Under the pieces are notes generated by a model. It did no database searches, was not told the origin of the DNA, and saw only the letters and a program-made list of their open reading frames with translations. Both the position numbers and the translations under genes were made by a program. Of a stretch of 64,000 nucleotides of DNA, positions 10,541 through 23,100 are shown piece by piece. Location: NCBI GenBank assembly GCA_046563655.1, contig CM102283.1, forward strand, positions 9,610,001 through 9,674,000, in the 5' to 3' direction. The DNA comes from Yuukianura sp. NJ FZ-2021. Its lineage: Eukaryota. Positions within the stretch are counted from its first letter, which is position 1. The number at the start of each line of letters is the position of its first letter.

Positions 10541-13500
10541 CTAGACATTGGGCTGTGTCTGGTGCTGTTCCTGTTGTTGGCCAATCGCTTCCATTCCCTG
10601 TACTTGCAGTTGTAGTTCCTGTTGCTGCTGATCCTGTTGCTGTAGTTCCTGTTGCTCCAGTTGCAGTTGCTGTTGTTGCAGAGCAAGTACTTGGGCAATG
10701 TCCACTTCCTGTGTAGGCATGATCAGAGTTCCATCGTCCTGCAGAATGTAAAACTGCTCTCCCTCCAGCCCCGAGTAGTCGTATGTCACGTTCTCACCAC
10801 CCTGAAACGCCAAGTTGTAATTCAATAATTCAAAGTATTTCAAAGTAATTAAAGTATTTCAAAGTAATTCAATTACTTCTGTTGTCGTAACTTGAAAATA
10901 AGCTTGTTGGTTGGGGTCAGCTCCAACAAATCCTTCTGGAGCCACATAGTACTGATTTCCATCTTCTCCAGTCACAAGCTGGAGGTAGTCTTGCATCTCC
11001 AGCGGAATCTCCAGGTTCATGCCCTGGATATCACCCAACTCACCCGTCTGGGACTGAATGACATAGTGAACTTGTTGCTGTTGATCCTGTGGCTGTTGCT
11101 GTAGTTGCCCCTGCATCACTCCTCCAGCATCGCTCACCTTCGTCTCAATAAGTGCCTCCAAAAAAAATGTACAAAAAAGTTAAAATTTCAAAAATTTCAA
11201 AATTTCAGTTTTTCAATTCACTTTTCTTACCGGCATCTGAAGTTCTTGAGGCTGTGTGGCCTGAGTCATTTGGAGTTGAATTTGATCCTGCGCCTGCACA
11301 GATTGTTGCGGTTTTTGTATCGGTTGATCCATCGTCACAGAAACGGAGGTGGTCGGTGTAGATTGAATCAACTGCTGAATTTGGAGATTCCGCAAATCCG
11401 GTACAGTCACAGCCGTTGCCGTGGGAGTAACAGTTGGAACGGCAGTGCTGGCAGTAGTCAGATGATGCTGGGCAAGTGTTGGTTGCTGCTGAGTGACAAA
11501 TACTTGTCGTTGTTGGACAAGTTGCTGAGCAACAGTAGTTTGTTTCTGGGCAACAGCAGTTGAAGATGCTGCTGGTGCTTGACTTTGGTACTGGTGGGTG
11601 GTCGTCGTGGGAGCTTGGATTTGGAGAAACTGCTGTTGAATAAGCTGTTGTTGCCCCACCACAGCTTGTCTTGGTTGTGCAGTGAGTTGTTGTCTGGGTT
11701 GTGGTGGGACAGTGGTAGAAGCAACTAGTGATTGTGCTTGTTGTGTCACAGGGACCTTGGCCCTTGGAGCCACCGGAGTTCCCTTCACCGGTGGCTTCCG
11801 AACTGCTGACTTCTTGGCTGGATTTTGTTGAATAATTGTTGCCAGTAGTTTCTCTGCTGGGACTTCACTCTCAACATAAATCGGCTCTATCGATCCAGTA
11901 TGCGTCGCGGCAGCTATTTTTTTCAAAAACCAAAATTCAAAATTTTTGAAAATTCGAATTTCAAAATTTTTAGTACCTTCAGCATGGTCTAGCCGCATGT
12001 TACCACTTTCGTCCAACTGGACAAGCATGTAGGTTACAGTTCCATCCGGATTTGCAATTGGCAGCAAGTGGACCACTTTCTCAGCAGTCAAAATCTTTTC
12101 CGTTTTCTGTCCCGCCTAAAACCAAATTCAAAATTTGATTTATAAGCTCAACAAAAGTCAAAATTTTAAAAACTTTTTTCTAAGAAGTTTTTTTTTTACC
12201 AAAAGTGCTTGACGAATCTTTGCTGAATCTGGATTTTGGTTCAACTGCTCCTCTTCGCTTAAAGTGGGTTTGACTGCTGCTGTTGGTTTCGGCCTAACTT
12301 CGGGCACTTTGAAAATGGGTGGGCCTGGAACTGCTCTCTTGATGACCGGCGACTTCCTCCTGGCCGAAGTAATTGCAACTGCCTGTGGACTCGGCATCGT
12401 CGGAGGAGCAGAAGTAAACAAAAACTGCTGTTGTGGTTGAGAATGCTGGGCTGATGCTGATGCTTGAGAGATTACCACAAATTCTTGTGCTGGTGCTGGA
12501 GCAGTACTGGCAGTAGTTGTTGAAGTAACAATTTCGTAGTGAGCCCCTGATTGGAGGAGGGCCGGAGCCGGCTGCCTGGGTTGTCTGTAACTCTGGGCCG
12601 TTTTAGTCAAAATCGCTGGCGACGCTGCTCTCTGCTGCAGCTGAGACGGAAACTTCGGTGGAGTTGATGCTTGTCTGACCATTCCAGTACTTCCAGTATT
12701 CGGTGGTCGTACTGCTACTGTCACAGCATTTCCGGTAGTCGGCGGTCGTACTGCTACTGTCCCAGTAGATGCTGGACTTGCAGTTCGTACTGATGCTGTT
12801 CCAGTATTAGTTCCTGGAGCGGCAGTTCTTACTGCTACTGTCCCAGTAGATGCTGTTCCAGTATGTACTTTCGTTTGCAGACTCTGGACAGTTTGTACTG
12901 GTCCGTGGATCCTCGTGCCTGGAGATGCTGACAAGTACTGCGCCGTTGTGAGTGCTGTCAGTTGTCCCGTCAAGGTGGCAGGAGTGGGGGGTTGTGCCAA
13001 ACCCCCCGGAGCAACCCCCACCCTCTCCCCCAAAGTTTGCTTTTTAGCTCGTACTTTCTTGAGCGCAGTAGGAGAAGTAGGAGTGATGATAGTGGGAACC
13101 TATAAAAAAAATTATAACAAATTATTTAAATTATTTAAATGATGTACAGAATAACTATAAAATTAATAATTTTCAAACCGGTTGTCCAGAACTTTGTCCA
13201 GATCCAATGATTTTCACAGCCTGTTGAGTCTGGAAGGCACTCTTTTGCTGTAACTGTTGCTGCAACTGGACATGTAATCCTGGAGGAGTTGACTTTACTC
13301 CAGTTGCAGGTTCTGGAGGCAGGATGACAACTTTTTCTTGAACGACGACATTTGGTTTAGTCATTCTCAGAATTCCAGTAGTTCCTCCTGGTTGCATAAC
13401 TAATTCTCCAGCAGAGTTGGCTTTGATAGTCATAGCCTCTGCGCTTGTGATTGGTCGACCTCTCGGTGATACGCTCACATTGGACATGATAGATTCTGAT

Positions 13501-16018
13501 TGGCCAATTCGAGAAGGACTCTGATTGGCCGGTGAACTTTTTACTGCCGATGGTTGAATTGGCGACGTTTTGGGAACGGCAACGGTGACAATTTTTTGAA
13601 GTGGAGGTTTTTGAGTTGAAGGTGCAGCGGAAACTGGATTTGATTTGAGTTGAGTTGGGCTAACTTTGAACTGAAGATCGGGACGAGTTGAAAAAAGTTG
13701 TTGGTGAGAGATGTCTACTGGTTTAGTGGCAGCTAGGAGAGCATCTACTTCGTATTGCAACTGATCAGCGTCGTCTAGATTCGAAGTGTCCAGAGTGGTC
13801 GGAGTTTGTTCAATTTTTTCTGGTTGAGGTGCAGCTTTTGTTACGCCGAGTACTTTGGCAGTAGGACTGCTTTTTACTGCTTCCACGATGGGAGTTGGAT
13901 CGGGATCGTCCAGAATCAGCAGCGTGTCGGAATCGATTTTCTGTTCTTCTTCGGCTGACACAACAACTTGAGTCAAAATATCTTCTTGTGAGTCCAATGC
14001 CGGTTCCGGAACGGTTTCCGATACTGGAGTGTCCGGTCGGAGTTCGGATTCGGTAATAAGAGCTGACGTTTCGGCGGCAGCGACAGATTCTACAGTAGGC
14101 CCGAGAACTTCTGAAACTTTTTCAGTAACTTCTGGAGTCTCTTGGACAATTTCGGGTGACGTTTCCTCAACGTTTTCAACTTTTTCTGAAGTTTCTTCTT
14201 TTACTGTCTCACAAGCAGCGTCTTTATCTTTAGCGGGTATTTCTGGAACTTTTTCAGAGTCTTCCAAAGTTTCGATACTTTCAAGTTTCTGGGTTTCTGC
14301 TGCTGATTGGGTATTGGCGGGTTCTTCAAATTCAACTTTTTCTTCAACTTTTACGTCAATTTCTGTCTTCTCAACTTCTAAGGTTTCACTCTCTTCTGCC
14401 TTTGGTACTTTTTGCTCTACGTCTTCCTCTTTTCCGTCTTCCGGCGATTCGTCAGCCTCCTGCTTCAATTCAAAATCTTCTTCGACGTCACTCGGTTCAT
14501 CAGCAATAGGCTCTTCTGTTGATTCTGACTTTTCGCCAACTTGAGGAGGTTTTGTTGTTTTTAGTAGACTCTCAAAGGCGTCGGACAATTCCTTGTCAGT
14601 CCTGGGCTTCTTTGGCTCAAGATCCTCCTCTGGATGGGGACTGTCAGCACTTCCTTCAGCGTCACTCCAGTCAGCCAAAATATCTTGTTTGTCAGCTGCT
14701 GGTACTGCGGGAGTAGTTTCAACTGCCGCTTTTCTTTTCTTGCCTCGCCTGCCTGCTGTGGCCTGCAAAGTAAAAAAAAATTATACGTTGGTACTAATAG
14801 TTTGACTAAAACATAAAATGCACCGTTTGCACTGCAATTACCTTCACTGGAGAGGACTTCTTAGGAGTTTTTTCGGGAGATGTAGATTTAGCAGGAGATT
14901 TTGCCTGTGTTGGAGACAATTCCGGTGGGGAGGAAGTGTGGGATGAACCGGGGGCGTGTGTCTTGCGATGTGATGTAAAAGCGTTCAATCGATCAGTTGT
15001 AAAGGAACACTGATCGCAATTGTATTTTCGGCCTTCGACGGTTGTGGATGGTGAAGACTTTTTGGACGGTGAAGCTAAACAAGGATTCAAAACTTATAAA
15101 GTTTATCTACCATTGGCACTTACGAAAAAACACGAATCGGAATCAGTCATACCTAGCTTTTTGAAGTTTAATTTGACCAAACCAGCGTATTCGTGTGCAG
15201 ATTTCTGAGGTGACGGAGTGGGCTTGAAAAGTCCGGCGTAAGCAGGAGGTTTCTTCGGTGTAGTCGGGGCAGTGTCCAAGGAGTCAATGAAATCAACTGT
15301 CCCTGAAATTTAAAACGGCAAGTATAGTATTGTAATCAAATCATTAGTTAATAGGGACAACTTCAACAATTTTCGGTATTATACCTCCAGTAAGTGTTTC
15401 TGCTTCCTTGCAATCGGATATAAACTTGTTTAGAGTTGGTTTGTCCTTGGCAAGGTGGACTAGAAACAAACAGAAAACGATAAGTTGACATGAAATTCAA
15501 TTTTTCAAATATCGATTAACTTACGTTTCCCTTTTCGGATGAATTCCTCCTTTTTCGGACAGTTGTACTCAACAATTTCAGCCGGTTTCTTCACCACCTC
15601 ACTGGAAAAACAGAATAAAGTTGAAGTCCAATGCCCAACTAACCAATGAAACCATGAATACAAAAATTAAGGTTGCGATTAGTGTTATTCCCATCCCGGC
15701 CGGTTAATTAAGGTAAATACTAAAGGAAGTGGGTGGACATGCAGAATGTACTGGCAGGGTTTAACAAAACACCAAAGGAAAAGAGCCCCAGCCGGGTGCT
15801 TAACCATACATTCAGAAATCATTCAAACTGTAAGGTCAAGTAATCCGAATGACTTACAATTCAGTGTCATCACTAAAGAACTTGACCACTGCAAGTGGAT
15901 CGGTTCGATGGCCGTCAAGTAAATCTTCGGGATAGTCGTTGGTCACTTGTCCAACCCACCAGATTCTGCCGCCACCCTTTAGTTTGACCCACACGACAGA
16001 CCCAGGGTCATAACTCAT
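10541..16018 (-). CDS. Large multi-exon chromatin-type protein with N-terminal PWWP domain, one C2H2 zinc finger, and long acidic, Thr/Pro-rich and Gln-rich low-complexity regions
   Basis: MSYDPGSVVWVKLKGGGRIWWVGQV...AVVKFF (PWWP, with WWV variant), next exon YNCPKKEEFIRKG, C2H2 finger YNCDQCSFTTDRLNAFTSHRKTH, then long minus-strand ORFs at 14768-10541 linked by short AT-rich introns. Confidence 0.85.
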
Positions 16019-17234
16019 CCTTCCTTTCCCACAAAAGTACAAAAGTTATACCCAATTAGTCTGGGTAACTTAATTTACATCCTAATTTACGTAAGATTGT
16101 CATTTGATCTTACAAGAGTTAATTGGTGAATATTGTGGATGTCAGCCGAACTGTTGCTAGTACGGTGCTAATCCCGGGATAATCGGATAAATAGAGATGA
16201 ATGGACTTGATTGTTAATTAGTTTTTGTTTTCCTTTTGACTTTGTGATGAATGGAATTTGAAAGTTGACGGGGTAGGACGTAGGCGGTGTAGAAGGCGTC
16301 TCTGAATGTTCCCAAGAGTCTCAAGGTCACTCTGTCCTCCCGTGACCTTTACGAATCCGTGTACATTTGAGGTGTCAAGTGGACCGATTACTCAAAGTGG
16401 ACCACCCAAAGATCAACTAAAGTGTTGAGATATGTCCGGAATTCAGAAAGAGAAAAAGAGTTGGCTCGGATTTCCGGTTCGTCCAGTACTGCGTGCCTCT
16501 GCAGAGTCCAGCTGCCCTTGTACTCGTACCCGCCGAGTCCCGCGTTGCTAATTACTAATAGTGTTAAACCTATAAGTTTTAAAGCGATTCATTGAAAATT
16601 AATTATCTTTAACTGTAATCTCCACATAATATTTCGAATTGTCAGTATTTACAATCTAATTTACTTACTACTACCCAAGATTTCAAACAAGAGATTTCAA
16701 ATAACAACTCTCGTCATTTATTTTCTAAGAGCTCCTGCCGCCTCGGGCTTACACCAAAATGTTGCCACGAATGGTGGGATTACGTTTTGGTGGGTTTCAT
16801 TTTCATGTGAAATTCCAAAATAGAAGCACTTGAACTTACGAATTTTCAAAAATTTCAGATCCAATTTTGAAAATATTTGGTGGCTAATTTGATACTGGCG
16901 CATAACTCTTAAATTTAGTTGTTCCGATATCGTTGACGACCCGGTACTGTACCGGTACAGTGATACTCGGAATCGGATTCGACACTCCAATCTTTATTCA
17001 AACGGTTTAGGCGCGTAAATAAATCACAGCTGTTGTTCATCTAAGTAAAAATAACAAATTAAAATTAGATTAATTAGCCAAGTTAGTCAATTGCCCCAAC
17101 CAGGGAATCGTTCAAAAAAATCCACGTAAGCAATAAATTAACACTGATTTAAAAAACGTCGAAAACGTTTTGCTTTCTTTTTGAATCCGGCTTTTCATTC
17201 TTTAGAACGTAATTAAAAAAAGAGAGTAGTAAAG

Positions 17235-18269
17235 ATGAGTACTGGCGAAGAATCTTTGAAGCAAGAGGATCTCCAGGCACAGATTTATGCAGTACATGAA
17301 ACATTAAGGAAGAAGTTCAAAGGATTCCAGCAAGAACAGGGAAGGGATGAAGAGAACTGGCAAAATGCTTGGGCAGCTCATACCGGAAATAAGAAACTGT
17401 TAGCTGACTATGCAAATGCCATGCATCAACTGGCCACGAAGATCTGGGCTCCACGAAATACTGACATTTCATCAGATACTTTCGATACTAGTACTGCTAA
17501 AGTTAAATGCAGAATCGAATGGGTCATGATCAAAATGAGGCAACATTTTAGTCAACTGCTGAGTCAAGGAACAAAACTGAAGTTACTGGATGTCGGAAGT
17601 TGCTACAATCCGTTCTCTGTCCACAGTGACCTTCTGGATATCGTTCCAGTTGACTTGTGTCCTGCCAAAGACTTCCGTCATGTCATATTCCAAGGAGACT
17701 TCTTGAATGTTGACATTGCCCATGAAGGGTTGACGGATGGATTGACTTTTCACCAGAATGCAGATGGAACTAAACAATTGGACCAACTTTGTTCAAACTA
17801 CTTTGATGTCGTCGTCTTTTCGTTTTTCTTGGAATACTTGCCATCGACCAATCAGCGATTCGAAAGCTGCCAGCGTGCTTACAAGGTCCTTCGTCCTGGC
17901 GGGATGCTGTTCATTCTACGACCAGACTCCAATTCAGTTACTCCCGCTCGTATGAAGTTCATCAAGCAATTGAAAGTTGGATTAGCTTTTACTGGATTCA
18001 AAAGACTCTACTGCGATAAGTTGCAGCATCTCTGGGCCATGGGATTCATTAAACTAGATGAACAAGAGCGATCCAGCTACTTAAGTTCCAAAAAGTTTGA
18101 ATTTGAAACAAAGAGAGTCGATTATTCGGTGGATGCTTTGCACAAACTTTTCGCGATTCCTCAAGATTCTAAGCAGTTTGACGAAACTAGTTCTCCAGCA
18201 CATTCCACTACAAACCGTGATGCTGCCAGTACTTTACTATTCGACGAGCTACCCGGTTATGATTCTTGA
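17235..18269 (+). CDS. SAMTOR: SAM sensor upstream of mTORC1 / BMT2-like class I methyltransferase fold, 344 aa, intronless CDS
   Basis: YANAMHQLATKIW, RIEW, LLDVGSCYNPF, VDLCPA, GDFL, FDVVVFSFFLEYLPSTNQR, AYKVLRPGGMLFILRPDS are characteristic BMT2/SAMTOR motifs. Confidence 0.9.
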   Translation: MSTGEESLKQEDLQAQIYAVHETLRKKFKGFQQEQGRDEENWQNAWAAHTGNKKLLADYANAMHQLATKIWAPRNTDISSDTFDTSTAKVKCRIEWVMIKMRQHFSQLLSQGTKLKLLDVGSCYNPFSVHSDLLDIVPVDLCPAKDFRHVIFQGDFLNVDIAHEGLTDGLTFHQNADGTKQLDQLCSNYFDVVVFSFFLEYLPSTNQRFESCQRAYKVLRPGGMLFILRPDSNSVTPARMKFIKQLKVGLAFTGFKRLYCDKLQHLWAMGFIKLDEQERSSYLSSKKFEFETKRVDYSVDALHKLFAIPQDSKQFDETSSPAHSTTNRDAASTLLFDELPGYDS

Positions 18270-18388
18270 TGTACGTTTAATTGAAGCTGAAAATGAATTT
18301 CATGAATTTAATTTTGTTTTGTTGCAGATTGTGGTGCTGACAACGAGCCGTACTGTGACTCGGGAAGGAATCAGCCAATCAGCGACAA

Positions 18389-19604
18389 ATGACCTCCATT
18401 GGCTGGAGAAGTTTCTACGTCAAGAGGACAGAACTTGAGCTCGGCACTGTTCTTGCCTGCGGCCAGAGTTTTCGGTAAGAAAATTTAAAATTTTATACAG
18501 ATTTTGATTTTTTATACTTGTATAATTTTTTAATGAATTTTGTTTAGCTGGAAGAAAGAAGGGGAAGAATGGACCGGAGTGTTTGGTCATCATGCCTGGA
18601 GCCTCAAGCAGGACAACGACCATCTCTTCTACAAAGTTCATGGACAGAACTCCAGCATTTCAAATGAGAACGATGCTGCCGAAGTACTATTGAAAAAGTA
18701 CTTTCAACTTGACATTCCCCTTGACAAGTTATACGAAGAGTGGTCCAGCAAGGACCCGAAGTTCGCCAACTTGCCTCTCCAGAACGCCCGAGGCATTCGG
18801 ATCTTAAAGCAAGATCCAATCGAGACAATCTTTGCCTTCATCTGCTCAGCCAACAACAACATCAGTCGCATTAGTCTCATGGTGGAGAAGCTCTGTACTT
18901 TGTATGGTGCCAAAATCTGTGATGTTGAAGGAAAGGCTTACTATGACTTCCCTCCAGTTGAGAACCTACAAGGGCCAGAAGTGGAACACAAATTGAGATC
19001 GGAAGCATTCGGATACCGAGCAGCATATATTGCCAAATCTGCTAAGATGATCGTTGATAAGGGAGGAACTGCTTGGATAAAGGAACTGGAAAATATTGGA
19101 TACGCAGAAGCATGCAAGCAACTTCAGACGCTGACAGGAGTTGGACGGAAGGTAAATTGTTTCAAATACTGTATAATTAATTAAATGATTAATTAAATTA
19201 ATTAATTAGAAGTGTAATGTTGATTTGATTAATTTTAGGTGGCTGATTGCGTGTGTCTGATGGGCCTGGGCTACCACCAAGCAATTCCTGTTGATACTCA
19301 CATTTACCAATTGGGTAAAGAGTATTTACCGGAACTAAAAAGTACAAAAACAGTAACAGATCGAGTCTACACGGAAATCAGCGACCATTTTAGAAAAATC
19401 CACGGCCAATACTGTGGTTGGGCACAGTCGGTATGCTCAAAATCAAACTTTTCTGCCAGTTTTTCAAAAAAAAAGAGGTGTTTCTTTTTAAATAAGTTTT
19501 TTGTTGCGCAGGTTCTGTTCACCTCAAGACTCAAATCATTTGGCAACATTACAAGCAAAGATGAATGTCAAGTTGGCAAAAAACGAAAACGCTCCAAATC
19601 CTAA
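18389..19604 (+). CDS. OGG1: 8-oxoguanine DNA glycosylase/AP lyase; exons 18389-18474, 18548-19151, 19239-19430, 19512-19604
   Basis: ELELGTVLACGQSFRW, GIRILKQDPIETIFAFICSANNNISRI, FGYRAAYI, HhH motif LTGVGRKVADC (catalytic Lys), PVDTH (catalytic Asp), GWAQSVLF and a basic NLS-like tail KKRKRSK. Confidence 0.96.
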
Positions 19605-20190
19605 ACTGGCATTAACTTTCTGGCAGAACAATTTTTTTAATTAAAGTTTAGCATTTTTGTACTTTTTTGAAGAAATTAAACGCATTTTAAATTAAAGTTG
19701 TGTTTTCTGTGGAATCCAATAACACTGGAAACTTTTTTCCGCATGTTGCGAATTTGAAGTTGATTTGTGTTTGAGTTTGAGTGAATTAATTCCGTGTTGC
19801 TTTCCCCTGAGGATTGAAGATGCGATTGGTCCATGTCACCCTCATCCCTCTGCGGTGGATGTGGATCTGCTCAAGTATCGGCTGAGGGGGATGCTGATGC
19901 TGGATGCTTAGTGTCACAGTGGAACTGTGTTGAATTTTGGTAGGAAGATCATAAAAATATGTGAGAGGCCATTCATTCCCTCCAGTTCCCTTTCACTCTC
20001 CAACCAAACACTTTCACTTTTCAACTTCCATTGTTATCCAAACCTCCATTCAACACCACATGTTACACTTTCATAAACCACAGTGTCACATTTTCAAATT
20101 TTAGAATTTTTAAAAGTGGAAGGAGTTGTGCGGTTTCCGTAATTTCAGCCTCTGGTTATTGTCATCTTTGAATTTCAAATTCCAGGAATC

Positions 20191-23100
20191 ATGGATTTCC
20201 ATTTCAAAATTTCAGTTGGTCTGGTTTTGCTTCTTTCAATTTCAAGTAAGTTCCAAAATTCTTCAATTTTTATTATATTTTTAGAAAAATGGAAATATTA
20301 AATCCTAGTTCTAGCTTCTGATTCCTGATTCCTGAAAATGAGATCCTGATTTCCTGATGCTATTGAATCTTCCTGAATTCAATAGAGATCAGTGACAATA
20401 GGAAAAGCTGAAAAGCTTATTAGAAGTTGGCTCTTGGATTCCACATACTCTTTTCACAAATAACTTTTGATTACGTTTTTTCATAAAAGTCTAATAAGAA
20501 TTCGTGAAACTTATCTTTTGCTGCACACGCTTCTCAATCACGCTCAAAAGATTTCTGTTAAAAGATTATTATTATACTACTCAGCTTAAAAATTAATAAG
20601 CGACACTGTTGCGAATAGTTTGTGAAAATTTTAAATTCTGGATTTGGAAATTCGTAACTTCAAAATTTAATATTCGCATTGGTTCATTGATCCTCAATCC
20701 ATTTTTTTTCCATTGAATTGAATTTGGTTTGAATTGTGTGTGGATACGGTGGCGGTGGATTTTGAAAGTTGAACAATGGAAATGGCGCGTGCAGGGGGAA
20801 GATGTGAGGATGGGATATTTTTTGTTATTGTTGAGGCGTAGTGCCTGTCCGGCCTCACCAATTGCCCATATGCCGTACTTTGGGATTTGAAATCTACATC
20901 GTGGGAAAGAATCAAAATAGGATCAGATGCAAAGTTCATTAGGCCCACTTCACAAATTTCAAAACAAAGTATGCCCTAGATTTCAAAATTTCAACCAAAA
21001 CTTTCTTCAGTTTTCCTAATTTCAAAATTTCAAACTATTACAATTTTAGTAAAACTTTCCCGGAGAAAGTCACGCCGGATTTTCGAGCGACAAAAATCAG
21101 GAATTCTTCTTGTACGATTTTCTAATGTTTTCCTGGAGTTTAGGATTTTTTACAAGGTTTGTTCAAAATTCAAAAAATTTAATTTTTGGATTGAGCGGGA
21201 TCTGCTCAAAGTCTTTATTCAAACAGACGCTAAGCCCTTGTACATATGTTAAGAATAATTGGAAACAAGAGGGCCCTTATTAGATTTGTGCAGAATCAGT
21301 GGATTAGGCAACCTGCCTCAAGGGATCCCTCAAGGGCCAAGGGGGCCCTTAGATCCAAAACTCTCCAGATCACATCTTCCCCCCAATTTCCAAAATGCTA
21401 TTGTCATAAAGAGGAGGGAAAATTAGAAAAAGTTAGAATGGGAGCTTAGAATCATTTTGTACCCCATTTTCACTCTATCTTTCCCATCTAACTTTATTTT
21501 TTCCGTAACCATGGCAACAGAATACATTAGGCTAGGCAGAGGGAGTGTCTTTTTCCAAAGTACTCAACATCTTTTCTGAAAAGTTGCAGTTTGCGGGAAT
21601 TTGAAGTGACGCGGGAAGTTTCCCGGGAGCAAAAGATCTTCGTGACTCATGTTATTTAATCTACTTTTTCCCTCTTCCGGATTTTATGGCACGAAAAGAA
21701 AAAGATATCAAAAGATCCCGCTTTTTTTTGAAAGTGGGGAGAAGATCAGGAACCTTATCATTTTCTTTTTCATTTTTGGACTTAGAGAGAACGACACTTC
21801 ATTGAACTTGTCTTCACTTTTACGTCTTTTCAAAATCTTTTTCCAATTTTTCTTTTTCTGAAAAACCAACTTTCCCCTTGAAATGAGTCTGAATGGGATT
21901 TGTGAGAGCGGTAAAGTGAAAGCGAGCTTTCACTCTCCATATTTCTTCTTTTCATGCACAATTAGGCTTCAATTCCGAAAATTCCACCCCCCGTTTGAGT
22001 GTCGTGCACACTTCGATGCTTTCTAGCTCTTCATACTTCAAGTGTCAAAATTTTGTTACATTTTGAACACATCAATTTTTCTTTTATTCAATTTGTGGCA
22101 TAACTGTCACTTTGATTTACTTTCATTTCTTTATTTTGCAAGTGTAAAGTGAAAAGAAAGAACATTGATTTTTTTAAAAATACGTTTTCGAAATATGGAA
22201 AGAGTTCCCAACTGGATTTATTCCCTTAAGCTAAAATAGGTTTAGACAAAAATTTATTTTCGGCGGAAAAGTGGCTCATGTGTAAAAGTGGATTTTGCCA
22301 AGTGAGTAAAAACTACTTTTCACTCTTTCAACACTTTTGCATTTTTACACTCAATTTCCCCCCATATTTTTTCTAACTTCAACAGATAATGAATTTTGAC
22401 CAATAAAAAACTTTTTTCCGATTTTGATTTGAAAGTCGTTTCTTTTGTGTTAAGTTTAAACATGTCACATATGATATGTCAGATTTTGGTAAATTTTGAA
22501 AATGAGAGCTAATTTTTCGTTGTCAGATTGTTTAGGTTATTTAGTATGAGGGGAGAAGATTGGCAATTAACTTTGTTTTTTTAAACTTCGATTTCCCATC
22601 TGCACCCTCCTAACTTTCCCTTATCAACTCCTGCACACTTCGCTTCAACTGCTTAAGTCAACATCCTCAGGGAGGGAATGTTTCCAGAAAATGACGGAAA
22701 CGGAACATAATAAATAAGTTTCTACAGAGCTCCACTGGCAATGTATCTTCAAAAAAAGAATCGAAGAAACTTTGAACAAAAATTGATGTTAGTGTGGACT
22801 TCCTCTGAAAACGTTTTCTCCCCTCACAATTTCCCGCTTTTTCTACTCTCACTTTCACCCTCTTCTGTTTCAGTTTTTATTGACTTTTCCTTGAAGTTTT
22901 GTCTGTCCTGCGGTAATCTCCTTGTTTCTGGACATGACATAAGAGGCTCCTTTGGATCTGCCACATCCACAATTACTCTTATTTGATTGACTCATCTTCT
23001 AATTTCCTTGTTAGGTTGGATTTCATGTCTCAAGCTAACTTCCACGACAGTTCCTTATTATGGAGTGGTTGGTCGTGCAGAGGCCCTGCAGTGTCACTTT

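Noticed and set aside
14029-14544. 171-aa Ser-rich plus-strand ORF, and similar antisense ORFs at 31603-32181, 33881-34462 and 41036-41449
   Set aside because: These are antisense shadows of real coding exons.
16265-16550. Possible intronic RNase P/MRP RNA
   Set aside because: Could not find properly paired CR-I/CR-V (P4) signatures on either strand.
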